The notes beneath the pieces were generated by a model. It saw nothing but the letters and a program-made list of their open reading frames with translations. It had not been told where the DNA came from and made no database searches. Of a stretch of DNA of 64,000 bases, positions 17,505-25,804 are shown in pieces. Within the stretch, counting starts at the first letter, position 1; each line of letters opens with the position of its first letter. The position numbers were made by a program, and so were the translations under genes. The stretch is from Dehalococcoidia bacterium (GTDB lineage: Bacteria > Chloroflexota > Dehalococcoidia > Lucifugimonadales > UBA1123): assembly GCA_965202965.1 (NCBI GenBank), contig CBDBCQ010000001.1:6626-70625 (forward strand). Reading direction: 5' to 3'.

Positions 17505-20500
17505 CTACATGAAGTATTCATCTATGACTTCGCTCACCTCTTCCAAAGTGAGGTTGCCGTCGAAGTAGTCGTCAATGGCCGCGCTGACCTCATCGAGGTC
17601 AATGTGACCGGAGTCGTCCACGTCGTACCTGTCCTTCAGTGACGGCTCGCCAACGGTCACAATGATCGTGTAGGTCATCGTCGTCCCGTCCTCGGCCGTT
17701 ACCGTGACGGTGATAGTGTTGTCGCCGGCTTCAAGGCTTCCGGCATCATCGGTCACCGTCGCAGCTGAATGCGTCGCCCCAGCGCTGACCGTAACCATAT
17801 CGACGTCGCTGCCGACCCTCGCGCTGTAGTTTGTCGTGTCGGATGCGAACATCGGCATCAGGTCGATAGCCATGCCATCACCGTCCATCAGGCTCAGTGA
17901 GGACAGACTCGCGTCGTTGGACACGCGGTTCACCATAACGGTGTAATCCATAGTCGTCCCGTCTTCAGCCGTTACCGTGACGGTGATAGTGTTCGCGCCA
18001 ACATCAAGGCTTACGTCACCTACATCACCGGACACCGTCGCCTCCGAATGCGCCGCCGTCGCGCTGACCGAGGCCATATCGACGTCATTTGCAACCATCG
18101 CGCTGTAGTCTGTCGTGTCGGATGCGAACATCGGCATCAGGTCGATAGCCATGCCATCGCCGTCCACCAAGCTCAGTGAGGACAGACTCGCGTCGTTGGA
18201 CACGCGGGTCACCCTGACCGTGTAGTCCATCGTCATCTCGTCTTCGGCCGTTACCGTGACGGTGATAGTGTTTGCGCCGACATCAAGGCTTATGTCACCA
18301 ACATCACCGGACACCATCGCGGCCGAATGAGCCGCCATCGCGCTGACCGTCACCATATCGACAGCATTGGCGACACTGGCGTAGTACATACCGACATCGG
18401 GCATGAAGCCCATTATCGGATTGTCAGCATAAACCTGGCCCACTACCGCCTTAGCCTCATCGCTGAGACCGTCGTACATAGCGCAGTAAGGGCTGGTCAT
18501 ATCATCCATCAGGTCGGCCCTGTCCACCATGTCATGCATCGCCGCCCTGTCATTCATCGCCGGGCAGTCCAGCGTGTCCCAGTGGGCCGCGAAACCAGCA
18601 AAAAGGGTGATATCCATGCCGTCGCTGTCCGTCAGGCTCAGCGAGGACAGGCTCGCGTCCATGCTGGCCTCGGCGGCACGCGTCACCTTGACGGTGTAGC
18701 AATCGATATCATCGTGGCGAGCGGCAGCGGCAGCGCTGCAATCATTAGTGCCTGCTGTGATAGCGGTTGCGTCAACGGCCTCCGGCCTGACTTGCACCGT
18801 TATAGTCTTCTCTCGGCCGGCGGCAAGTTCAATCTGGTGTCCGTCCATGTCCATATCATCGTCTGCCGGCGTAATCGTGATTCCGCTCTGCGCGCCGAGA
18901 TGAGTCGCCATCACGGTCACAGTGGTCGTCTCCGTGCTGTACGCGGCAGCAGCCGTGTATGCCGTCGTATCAGACGCGAAATCAGGCGTAAGTGTCGCGC
19001 CGCTCAGCTCCAAGCTCGAAAGCGTAGCATCCTTAGATCTGCTTAGATTCTGGCGGTACACCTTTGCGGTGTAGGTCTCTGTGGACGCGGCCGGGTCTTC
19101 GGCCGTAACCACTACCATAATCGTCACCTCTTCACCCGCCGCCAACTCGATTTCGTGTGCGGGCGTGTTCGGGTTCGCGTCAGCAGGCTCTATAACATAA
19201 TCTGCGCCAAACTCATCAGTCGGCTCTACTACCACATTAATCGTGCGAATACGATAGCCCACATCCGGGTCAGAGTCGTCAAGCAGGTTTCCTCCGCCAG
19301 CACCAAGCGTGGTAGTAGGCGCACCACTAGCGTCCTCAAACCTGAATACTGACAGAGTCGCATCAGTTTCAAGATTGGCGCGCTCGCGATAGACAGTAAT
19401 TTCATAAGTCTTGATTTGGTCCGCCGCGCCGGAGCCGGCCTCTGAGGTCACACACACACTAACGGTTGTATCAGTCCCAGCACTGCCGAGTGTGACATCG
19501 TCGCCTTCATCAGTGGGGCATTCCGTCGCACCAGCAGCGACGGCGGCGTCAGCCACCGCGACCATTACGCCGCCTGCGTCGTCAGCCGGAGTGTAAGCAA
19601 CGGTTATCTCGTCAACATCGCTCCCGACCCTCGCATCGTATTTCACTCTGCTCGACATGAAAGCGGGAGACAGCGCAATCGCGTTCTCATCCGAGTCCAT
19701 GAGACTCAGAGCGGACAGATTGGCGTCTTCGCTCAGAGTCGCGTTCTGGCGATACACAGTGAACGTGTAATCTTTGGTGGTAACTCCGTCTTCAGCAGTC
19801 ACCGTCACAGTAATAGTCGTCTTCTCGCCGGCCTCCAAAGCAATCTGTTGACCTTCGGTGCCGGAATCCTCGTCCTCGCTAGGATCTATTGTATCGGTCG
19901 CCCCGTTAGCAGCACGCGTGGCAGCCGCATCAAAGGTGATATGGGTAGTGCTGTTGTTTGCTACAGCGGAAGTGTTGGTCACAGAAAGCGCCGTGCCAAC
20001 CCATGCAGCACCCGAACCCACGGGAGTCGCGGTTATTGATGCAAGCGTCGCATCGGCGGAAGGATTCGCCCTCACGCGGTATACAGTGATTTCATATTCC
20101 TGGGTTGGTGTGGTAGCCTCCGGGGTCACTGTCAGCGTGATTGTTGTTGAGCTCCCGGCAGCAGCCAGCGTGAAATCTTCACCACACTCATTAATCGTAG
20201 TGTCTGTTTGCGCGGGTGTAGTAGCAATTGCGACAGCCGCGGCACCTGCTATGTCCACCGTGTTGCAGGAAACCGTTACCTCACTAACATCGCTTCCGAC
20301 TCTAGCACTGTAACTTGTCGTGTCCCTATGGAATGCACGATTCAGCGCTACTCCGCCCAGGCCCAGGCTGGACAGTCTGTTTTCAGCACTCAGGGTGGAA
20401 CGATTGCGATACACGCGGACCGTGTAAGTCTTCGTCGACGCAGGATCTTCAGCCGTAACCATCACGCTGAAAGTTGTCTGGCGCCCTTCCCTCAAAGCAA

Positions 20501-21518
20501 CCTGAACGCCTGTCGTATCTCTATCCTGGTCGGGAGGCATTGAAACAATCGCTCCGGCGTCAGCCTTGGCTGCCTCGACGGTGACATGAGTAGTGTCGTT
20601 ATTCGCCCTGGCCGTAAAATCTTCTGTACTCAGGTCGATATTGTCGGCAATAGTAGGAGAACCGGCTCCAACGGCCGTAATCGTGAGGGTGGTCAAATCC
20701 GCGTTAGTGCTGGGATTGCTGCGAACACGATAGACTTCGATTGTGTAGTCTTTCGTACTCGCGTTCTCCGCAGTTACCTGCACCGTGATGGTTGTGGTGC
20801 CTCCTGTAGCCGCACCCTCAGCCGCGGCGGCTTCTAGTGTGACTTCCATACCATCGACACCACTAGTAGGGGCGGTAATTGCTGCAGATGCGCCGCCTCC
20901 GGTGTCGGACAGGCTGTAGCCAAGGGTTACTGTACCGGCACTAACTCTTGCCGTGTACATGTTTTTGCCCGAGCTGAAAGTGGGAGACAGGCTTCCCGGG
21001 TTGATGCTCAGCGAACCGAGATCGGCATTGCTGCTCAAATTCTGACGCTCGCGATACACCTTAACCGTGTAGGTCTCCGTAGCGTCTCGGCTCGGAGCGG
21101 TCACCAATATCTTGATGTCGGTCGTCTGCCCGGCTCTGTTAGCAAGGCTGACCCGGTGCCCCTCCCCGGAGGTAACCACTGTCCCATCCACCGTTATGAT
21201 CTGATCATTCCCTGGGTTGCCATCATCCGGAGTAGGAGTGACACCGGCGGTTGGAGTTATGAGGACTCCGCTATCGACGAAAGGGATCCTTACTGTGTAA
21301 GAATCCTTATCGCTAGCAAAGGCATTACTACCTGTTAGCAAGTCACCCGTGGTGTCGTCGTCAGGTTCGCTCACCACCACGAGACCACCCAAGGTGGCAT
21401 CGGCTGACTGCGCATAGGCGATGTCAGGTCCAGCGACGAACGGAGTCATCGCTGCTACAAGAGCAAGCAGCAAAGCCCCCACCAGCGCTGATATGGGGAT
21501 AAAAGCTTTTCTATTCAA
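17505..21518 (-). CDS. Secreted protein of about a dozen cadherin-like beta-sandwich modules with a C-terminal EF-hand/dockerin-like tail
   Basis: Signal peptide MNRKAFIPISALVGALLLALVAAMTPFVAGPDIAYAQ. The recurring module is L(S/T)SL.L....L.P.F....T.Y.A.V......V.V.......L..G..T.I.V.VTAED....YT..V.R. The tail is RYDVDDSGHIDLDEVSAAIDDYFDGNLTLEEVSEVIDEYFM. TTG start with a GAGGAGG SD. Confidence 0.85.
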   Translation of the reverse strand: MNRKAFIPISALVGALLLALVAAMTPFVAGPDIAYAQSADATLGGLVVVSEPDDDTTGDLLTGSNAFASDKDSYTVRIPFVDSGVLITPTAGVTPTPDDGNPGNDQIITVDGTVVTSGEGHRVSLANRAGQTTDIKILVTAPSRDATETYTVKVYRERQNLSSNADLGSLSINPGSLSPTFSSGKNMYTARVSAGTVTLGYSLSDTGGGASAAITAPTSGVDGMEVTLEAAAAEGAATGGTTTITVQVTAENASTKDYTIEVYRVRSNPSTNADLTTLTITAVGAGSPTIADNIDLSTEDFTARANNDTTHVTVEAAKADAGAIVSMPPDQDRDTTGVQVALREGRQTTFSVMVTAEDPASTKTYTVRVYRNRSTLSAENRLSSLGLGGVALNRAFHRDTTSYSARVGSDVSEVTVSCNTVDIAGAAAVAIATTPAQTDTTINECGEDFTLAAAGSSTTITLTVTPEATTPTQEYEITVYRVRANPSADATLASITATPVGSGAAWVGTALSVTNTSAVANNSTTHITFDAAATRAANGATDTIDPSEDEDSGTEGQQIALEAGEKTTITVTVTAEDGVTTKDYTFTVYRQNATLSEDANLSALSLMDSDENAIALSPAFMSSRVKYDARVGSDVDEITVAYTPADDAGGVMVAVADAAVAAGATECPTDEGDDVTLGSAGTDTTVSVCVTSEAGSGAADQIKTYEITVYRERANLETDATLSVFRFEDASGAPTTTLGAGGGNLLDDSDPDVGYRIRTINVVVEPTDEFGADYVIEPADANPNTPAHEIELAAGEEVTIMVVVTAEDPAASTETYTAKVYRQNLSRSKDATLSSLELSGATLTPDFASDTTAYTAAAAYSTETTTVTVMATHLGAQSGITITPADDDMDMDGHQIELAAGREKTITVQVRPEAVDATAITAGTNDCSAAAAARHDDIDCYTVKVTRAAEASMDASLSSLSLTDSDGMDITLFAGFAAHWDTLDCPAMNDRAAMHDMVDRADLMDDMTSPYCAMYDGLSDEAKAVVGQVYADNPIMGFMPDVGMYYASVANAVDMVTVSAMAAHSAAMVSGDVGDISLDVGANTITVTVTAEDEMTMDYTVRVTRVSNDASLSSLSLVDGDGMAIDLMPMFASDTTDYSAMVANDVDMASVSATAAHSEATVSGDVGDVSLDVGANTITVTVTAEDGTTMDYTVMVNRVSNDASLSSLSLMDGDGMAIDLMPMFASDTTNYSARVGSDVDMVTVSAGATHSAATVTDDAGSLEAGDNTITVTVTAEDGTTMTYTIIVTVGEPSLKDRYDVDDSGHIDLDEVSAAIDDYFDGNLTLEEVSEVIDEYFM

Positions 21519-21825
21519 TTCATCCTCCTCATTCTTGTGCCGTTTCCGATTCGTTCCAATAATCTAGTTAATGGCGCAAAAGCGCGGTTACTTCCTCGAA
21601 ACGCTACACCGCGCAGTATGCATCTTCAAGGCTTTACGGTGAACGTTTTTTAGCTAAGTTCTAAATACTTGCCCAAACAATTCCTGCACGACAGCATGGG
21701 CAGGCCTTGCACACAGGCATGCAGAGTCAAAGATATAGGACTAGTGTTACGGGAGTATTACATTCAAAATGGCTTCCACCGCTGTTGCGTCAAACCCATC
21801 TACTATTCTATATGAGTTCCCATCT

Positions 21826-23136
21826 CTAAGCGAAGTAGAGGTCTATGACAATGCTCACCTCGGGTAGGGTGAGTTTGTCGGGGTCTCCTTCATCGCGGAA
21901 GTAGTCATCGATGGCCGTGCTGACCTCGGATAGGTCTATCTGGCTGGATTCATCCGCATCGTACCTGTCAAGCAGTTCATCGGCTGTCTGCGGCGGTTGG
22001 GGCGGCGGCGTGGGAACCGACGACACGGACGGATGAGGCATTAGCATTCCATTGGCGACCACATCCCATTCAAAGAAATCCTTATTGTCCGCACTATGCA
22101 CAACCACATCGTTGAATCTGTCGATGAGGGCATTGTTCGCTCCGTTGCCAACCATGAACTGGTGTAAGTCGTCGGTTATCTGATAATCACTGTCCACTTC
22201 TTCAAGGAAATCTTTGAATTTAGATCCGAATTCAAGGAACTCGTCACACGAATAGAGATAATTCGCCTGCTCTACCCGATTACTCACCATATAGTTTCTG
22301 GAATACTCGTATGCCTTTCTCTTCAGATCAATACGGCCTATCAGCGCTTCCTCCAAACTCTCACTCGATGACAGCAAATTATGATACTGCGTTTCAGGTT
22401 CGGTTTCATGGTACTTTTGACTAGTCCAGTCGTCCATTCTATATCCGCCATTGGGTAGGTCTGAAGCCACGAAATACCTCGTATGCTCGCAGAAATTGGC
22501 CAGGTCAGCGAAACTTCCCTTGTTGCACGGGCCGCCCATGTCCACTACTCCCAGAGGCTTCCCCAATGATTGACTCCATGATTTCAGAAATTCGTTGGCG
22601 TCGGCGGGTTTCAATTGCCCACCAAACAACTTGCCCCCAGGTCCGCCATGTCCGCTGTACATCAAGTGGTGATCTGAACTCGGATGCCGACTCACCAGAT
22701 ATGAAGCGAAATCTGAGAATGCGGATTTCAGGAAATCACTTCTCTCATCGGTCCACATCTGCGGCATATCGGTGTATTTTTTTACCAGGAATTGCTCCCT
22801 GTAAGCAATCTTTTCTTCATCCGTCATGCGGTGAGGAATCCAATCGTAGTCATTTGGAAACTCGTAGAGATGAACAGAAGCGGTTTCCTCCCATATTGCT
22901 GCTTCATAGAATTTGAGAGTTTCGCTCTCCTTCAGGATAACGGCTTGAGTCCATCCACCCGTTGAGGCATAAGGCATCCAATCTTCAGTCACCCGCACTA
23001 CCCTGAGCATCACATTAGGCGGTGTGGACGTAACGCCGGTCTGCGCTGTGGCAGACTTGTTGTTTGCCAGCGTCGCGAACAGCATCGCCATTGCAAAGAC
23101 GGTGGCAAGAAAGGTTAGGGTGGTTTTGGAACTCAT
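21826..23136 (-). CDS. Secreted protein, possible clan-CD (clostripain/C11-like) cysteine peptidase, with a C-terminal EF-hand/dockerin-like tail
   Basis: Signal peptide ...AMLFATLANNKSATAQTG. A candidate His-Gly (LMYSGHGGPG) and a candidate Cys (VVDMGGPCNKGS) lie about 40 aa apart, as in C11-type dyads. The tail is LLDRYDADESSQIDLSEVSTAIDDYFRDEGDPDKLTLPEVSIVIDLYFA. The peptidase assignment is weak. Confidence 0.55.
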   Translation of the reverse strand: MSSKTTLTFLATVFAMAMLFATLANNKSATAQTGVTSTPPNVMLRVVRVTEDWMPYASTGGWTQAVILKESETLKFYEAAIWEETASVHLYEFPNDYDWIPHRMTDEEKIAYREQFLVKKYTDMPQMWTDERSDFLKSAFSDFASYLVSRHPSSDHHLMYSGHGGPGGKLFGGQLKPADANEFLKSWSQSLGKPLGVVDMGGPCNKGSFADLANFCEHTRYFVASDLPNGGYRMDDWTSQKYHETEPETQYHNLLSSSESLEEALIGRIDLKRKAYEYSRNYMVSNRVEQANYLYSCDEFLEFGSKFKDFLEEVDSDYQITDDLHQFMVGNGANNALIDRFNDVVVHSADNKDFFEWDVVANGMLMPHPSVSSVPTPPPQPPQTADELLDRYDADESSQIDLSEVSTAIDDYFRDEGDPDKLTLPEVSIVIDLYFA

Positions 23137-23852
23137 GGAGGGCTACTTCCTGTCAGGTCTATCCTTCGGCAAAGTCAGGGACCACGCTTTCGGCGCTGAT
23201 GATAAAAGAAGACGCAGGGATTGCAGTGATGCGCTACTACGGGGGTGCGGGTGTCTGCACTCTACACTCCATTCTGACCTTCCTCCATGTCGGTCTCCTT
23301 ACAGGCCTTACAGAAATGAAAATACCCAGTCACATTTAACCGGGTAATTGTCGTCGTAGTACCGGGTGATCTATGTCAAGATTCGTCGTGCCCTGTACTT
23401 GGGAAAAGAGTAGCGTCCCTTAGAGTATCCTTGTTGAATGCCAAGCTTTTTGGCGGAGATTAGGAATAAGTGATTAATACGGATTTCGGGGGCCAAAGCG
23501 TCCCTTGATGTGCTACGGTGTCAGATGTGGCAGCGACTTCCGTATTGCAGCCACCATCGCCACACTCCCGGGCTTCACTCGCTGTCGTAGACGCTAGCAC
23601 AGGCGCCGTAGCTCACTTTCGTGCCGTATCACTAACTGACTGGAGACACAAGTAGAGGGCACTCCGTACAGAGCCTCGTCCTCCTCTGATCGCCCGATTA
23701 TCTCGCTTTTTGCTGCTGTCCCGCGGCCAAGGTGCCAGACCAACCAGGGAGGTCGACTCCTCACTGTCCCAACTGCCCAGTTCGGGATGCACCCATCCTC
23801 ACTAGCCACCGTTACATCAAACCCATCTACTCTTCTATGTGGACTACTATCT

Positions 23853-24830
23853 TTAACCGAAGTAAAGGTCTATGACAGTGCTTACCTCGACTAAGGTGAG
23901 TTGCCCGTCGAAGTAGTCATCGATGGCCGTGCTGACCTCGGAGAGATCGATGTTGCCGTCGCCATCTGCGTCGTACCTGTCAAGTAGCTCAGCGGCTAGC
24001 TGCCCAGAAGCCGAGCAGTCTGGGCCGGTGTCGGCATGGTAGCGGCTTGAAATACTGTTGAGCCAGACTTCAAAAGCTTCGTCAACCGGCACACAGAGTC
24101 CTGCATTCCCAGAGAAAGTAAACAATTCAAGCTCTGTGAGATTGGTGAGGCTGTGGGGTATTGTGCCCGTCAATTCGTTGTCCGACAGAGCCAACCTCGT
24201 CAGGCTCGACAGGTTGCCCAATTCCCTCGGTATTGTGCCCGTCAATTCGTTGCCCCACAGATATAACCTCGTCAGGTTCGGCAGGTTGCCCAGTTCTTTC
24301 GGTATCGCTCCCGTCAGTTCGTTGTCTCCAAGATCCAACCACGTCAGGCTCGACAGGTTGCCCAGTTCTCCCGGTATCGTGCCCGTCAGTTCGTTGTCTG
24401 CAAGATCCAACTCATCCAGGTTCGACAGGTTGCCCAGTTCTTTCGGTATTGTGCCTGTCATACTGTTGTCATCAAGATGCAATGTCGTCAGGTTCGACAG
24501 GTTGCCCAGTTCTTCCGGTATTGTGCCCGTCAAATTATTCCCATGGAAAATTAGTCCCGTAACACGCCCTGAGGCATCCGTATCTACGCCATACCATTCG
24601 TTGAGTGGGACATCGTCGTTCAGCCAGTTTGTGTTGTTTCGCCAGTTCTCACCGTTAGCGGCATTGTAAAGGGTGACGAGGGCTGCTCTATCGGCGTCAG
24701 GGGTAGGAGGCGTATGCGCGGCGGCAGGCTCCGAGGTCGCTGTAAAGAAGAGGAAGGTTGCCACCAATGCGGCGACAAGTAGGATTAGCGCGGTTTTAGT
24801 ATATATTTGGTGATTACGGGCAAATTGCAT
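23853..24830 (-). CDS. Membrane/secreted plant-type LRR protein with a C-terminal EF-hand/dockerin-like tail
   Basis: Start preferred at MQFARNHQIYTKTALILLVAALVATFLFF (TM segment); the ORF track extends to 24914 through a tail remnant. The cap is ALVTLYNAANGENWRNNTNWL...WYGV, followed by 6 repeats of L.GTIP.ELGNLS.L..L.L..N.LTG. The tail is LLDRYDADGDGNIDLSEVSTAIDDYFDGQLTLVEVSTVIDLYFG. Confidence 0.8.
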   Translation of the reverse strand: MQFARNHQIYTKTALILLVAALVATFLFFTATSEPAAAHTPPTPDADRAALVTLYNAANGENWRNNTNWLNDDVPLNEWYGVDTDASGRVTGLIFHGNNLTGTIPEELGNLSNLTTLHLDDNSMTGTIPKELGNLSNLDELDLADNELTGTIPGELGNLSSLTWLDLGDNELTGAIPKELGNLPNLTRLYLWGNELTGTIPRELGNLSSLTRLALSDNELTGTIPHSLTNLTELELFTFSGNAGLCVPVDEAFEVWLNSISSRYHADTGPDCSASGQLAAELLDRYDADGDGNIDLSEVSTAIDDYFDGQLTLVEVSTVIDLYFG

Positions 24831-24877
24831 AGGGCTTCTCTTTCTTAAGGCTGCGGGCAAGTCTCTCGTGGTCCATA

Positions 24878-24960
24878 TTTCTATCTGAAAGTAGAGGTCT
24901 ATAATAGTATTCACCTGAATGTGAGTTACCCGTATGAAGTGGTCGTCAATAACCTGCTGG
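24878..24960 (-). pseudogene. Degenerate remnant of an EF-hand/dockerin-like tail coding segment
   Basis: The minus strand reads ...QVIDDHFIRVTHIQVNTIIDLYFQ, compared with AIDDYFDGQLTLVEVSTVIDLYFG. The nucleotide alignment to 23856-23935 is recognisable (agtagaggtctat...gtgagtt.cccgt..gaagt.gtc.tc.at). Confidence 0.6.
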
Positions 24961-25203
24961 TAGCCGTTAGGAAGGAATTAGAAAACGCAGGGCATTTGTA
25001 AGCTACTCGACCATTGTATTTTTGATCAGATATGACGGATCTCACACTTCTTCCTCACAAGGCTTGACCCACACTCCAAGCCGACAGAACATAGTCGCAG
25101 GCATTATGCCAAATGGCAGCTCGGATTAGCAAATTGAGACCGGCAGGACAATCGCCAGGGCAATGGCAACAGGTGCGAGCTGCGAAACACCAACTCCGCT
25201 ACT

Positions 25204-25245
25204 GAACCTGCGGGTACCGAACCTGCGGGTACCGAACCTGCGGGC
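25204..25245. repeat. Short tandem repeat, 15-bp unit GAACCTGCGGGTACC x ~2.8
   Basis: Direct reading of 25204-25245, in an intergenic position. Confidence 0.9.
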
Positions 25246-25606
25246 AGACATCGGGCAACTCTGGTGTTTGTCGTTGCATCTGGTCTGTCCTGCGATATTG
25301 GACTCTCTCGCCGAGACGCCTCAAACTACGCCACTCCGCACTTACCGTGCGTCATCGAGGTGTATACGGGACCCACACGAACCACGGCACACCGGACCCA
25401 CACAGAATCCCAGTAGATGCCTAAGTGCTGTTGCGCTTCCATTCAAAAAACCTGCCAAATGATGCCCGTGTTCGTCAAGAACTTTTCCCAGAGTTGACCC
25501 ATAATCTGCATGTGCTTTAACGCAACCTACTATAACTGCTGGGACAGCGATACCAAGGTCGCCTGTCCCATACCTGAGAGCTGACCACCAGACTGGAGAT
25601 ATAGCC

Positions 25607-25804
25607 ATGACTGTGGTAATGAAGCGAACGCTGGCTGCCGTCTTTGCCGTGGCCGCATCTTCTGCACTCCTTTTTGTCCCGATGGCGGGCGGCAGCACGA
25701 CCGAAGCCCAGGCCGACGCAACGCCAACCCAGGGAGGCCCCGTCGTCGTCTGGGAGACGGCAATTCCGGAGGACTGGCCCGCGGTCAGGCAAGCCACTAC
25801 ATAA
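25607..25804 (+). CDS. Small ORF encoding only a signal peptide plus ~35 aa; probably the detached N terminus of the next gene
   Basis: MTVVMKRTLAAVFAVAASSALLFVPMAGGSTTEAQA..., with GGAG upstream. Its TAA overlaps the ATG of 25804..27852 (TAATG), and that gene lacks any signal peptide. Confidence 0.5.
   Translation: MTVVMKRTLAAVFAVAASSALLFVPMAGGSTTEAQADATPTQGGPVVVWETAIPEDWPAVRQATT

Noticed and set aside
21826-21985. Calling the shared C-terminal module a canonical type I dockerin.
   Set aside because: Canonical dockerins contain two tandem calcium-binding loop-helix segments. Only one EF-hand loop is visible here, and the second half is a helix repeat without the loop. It is therefore described only as EF-hand/dockerin-like.
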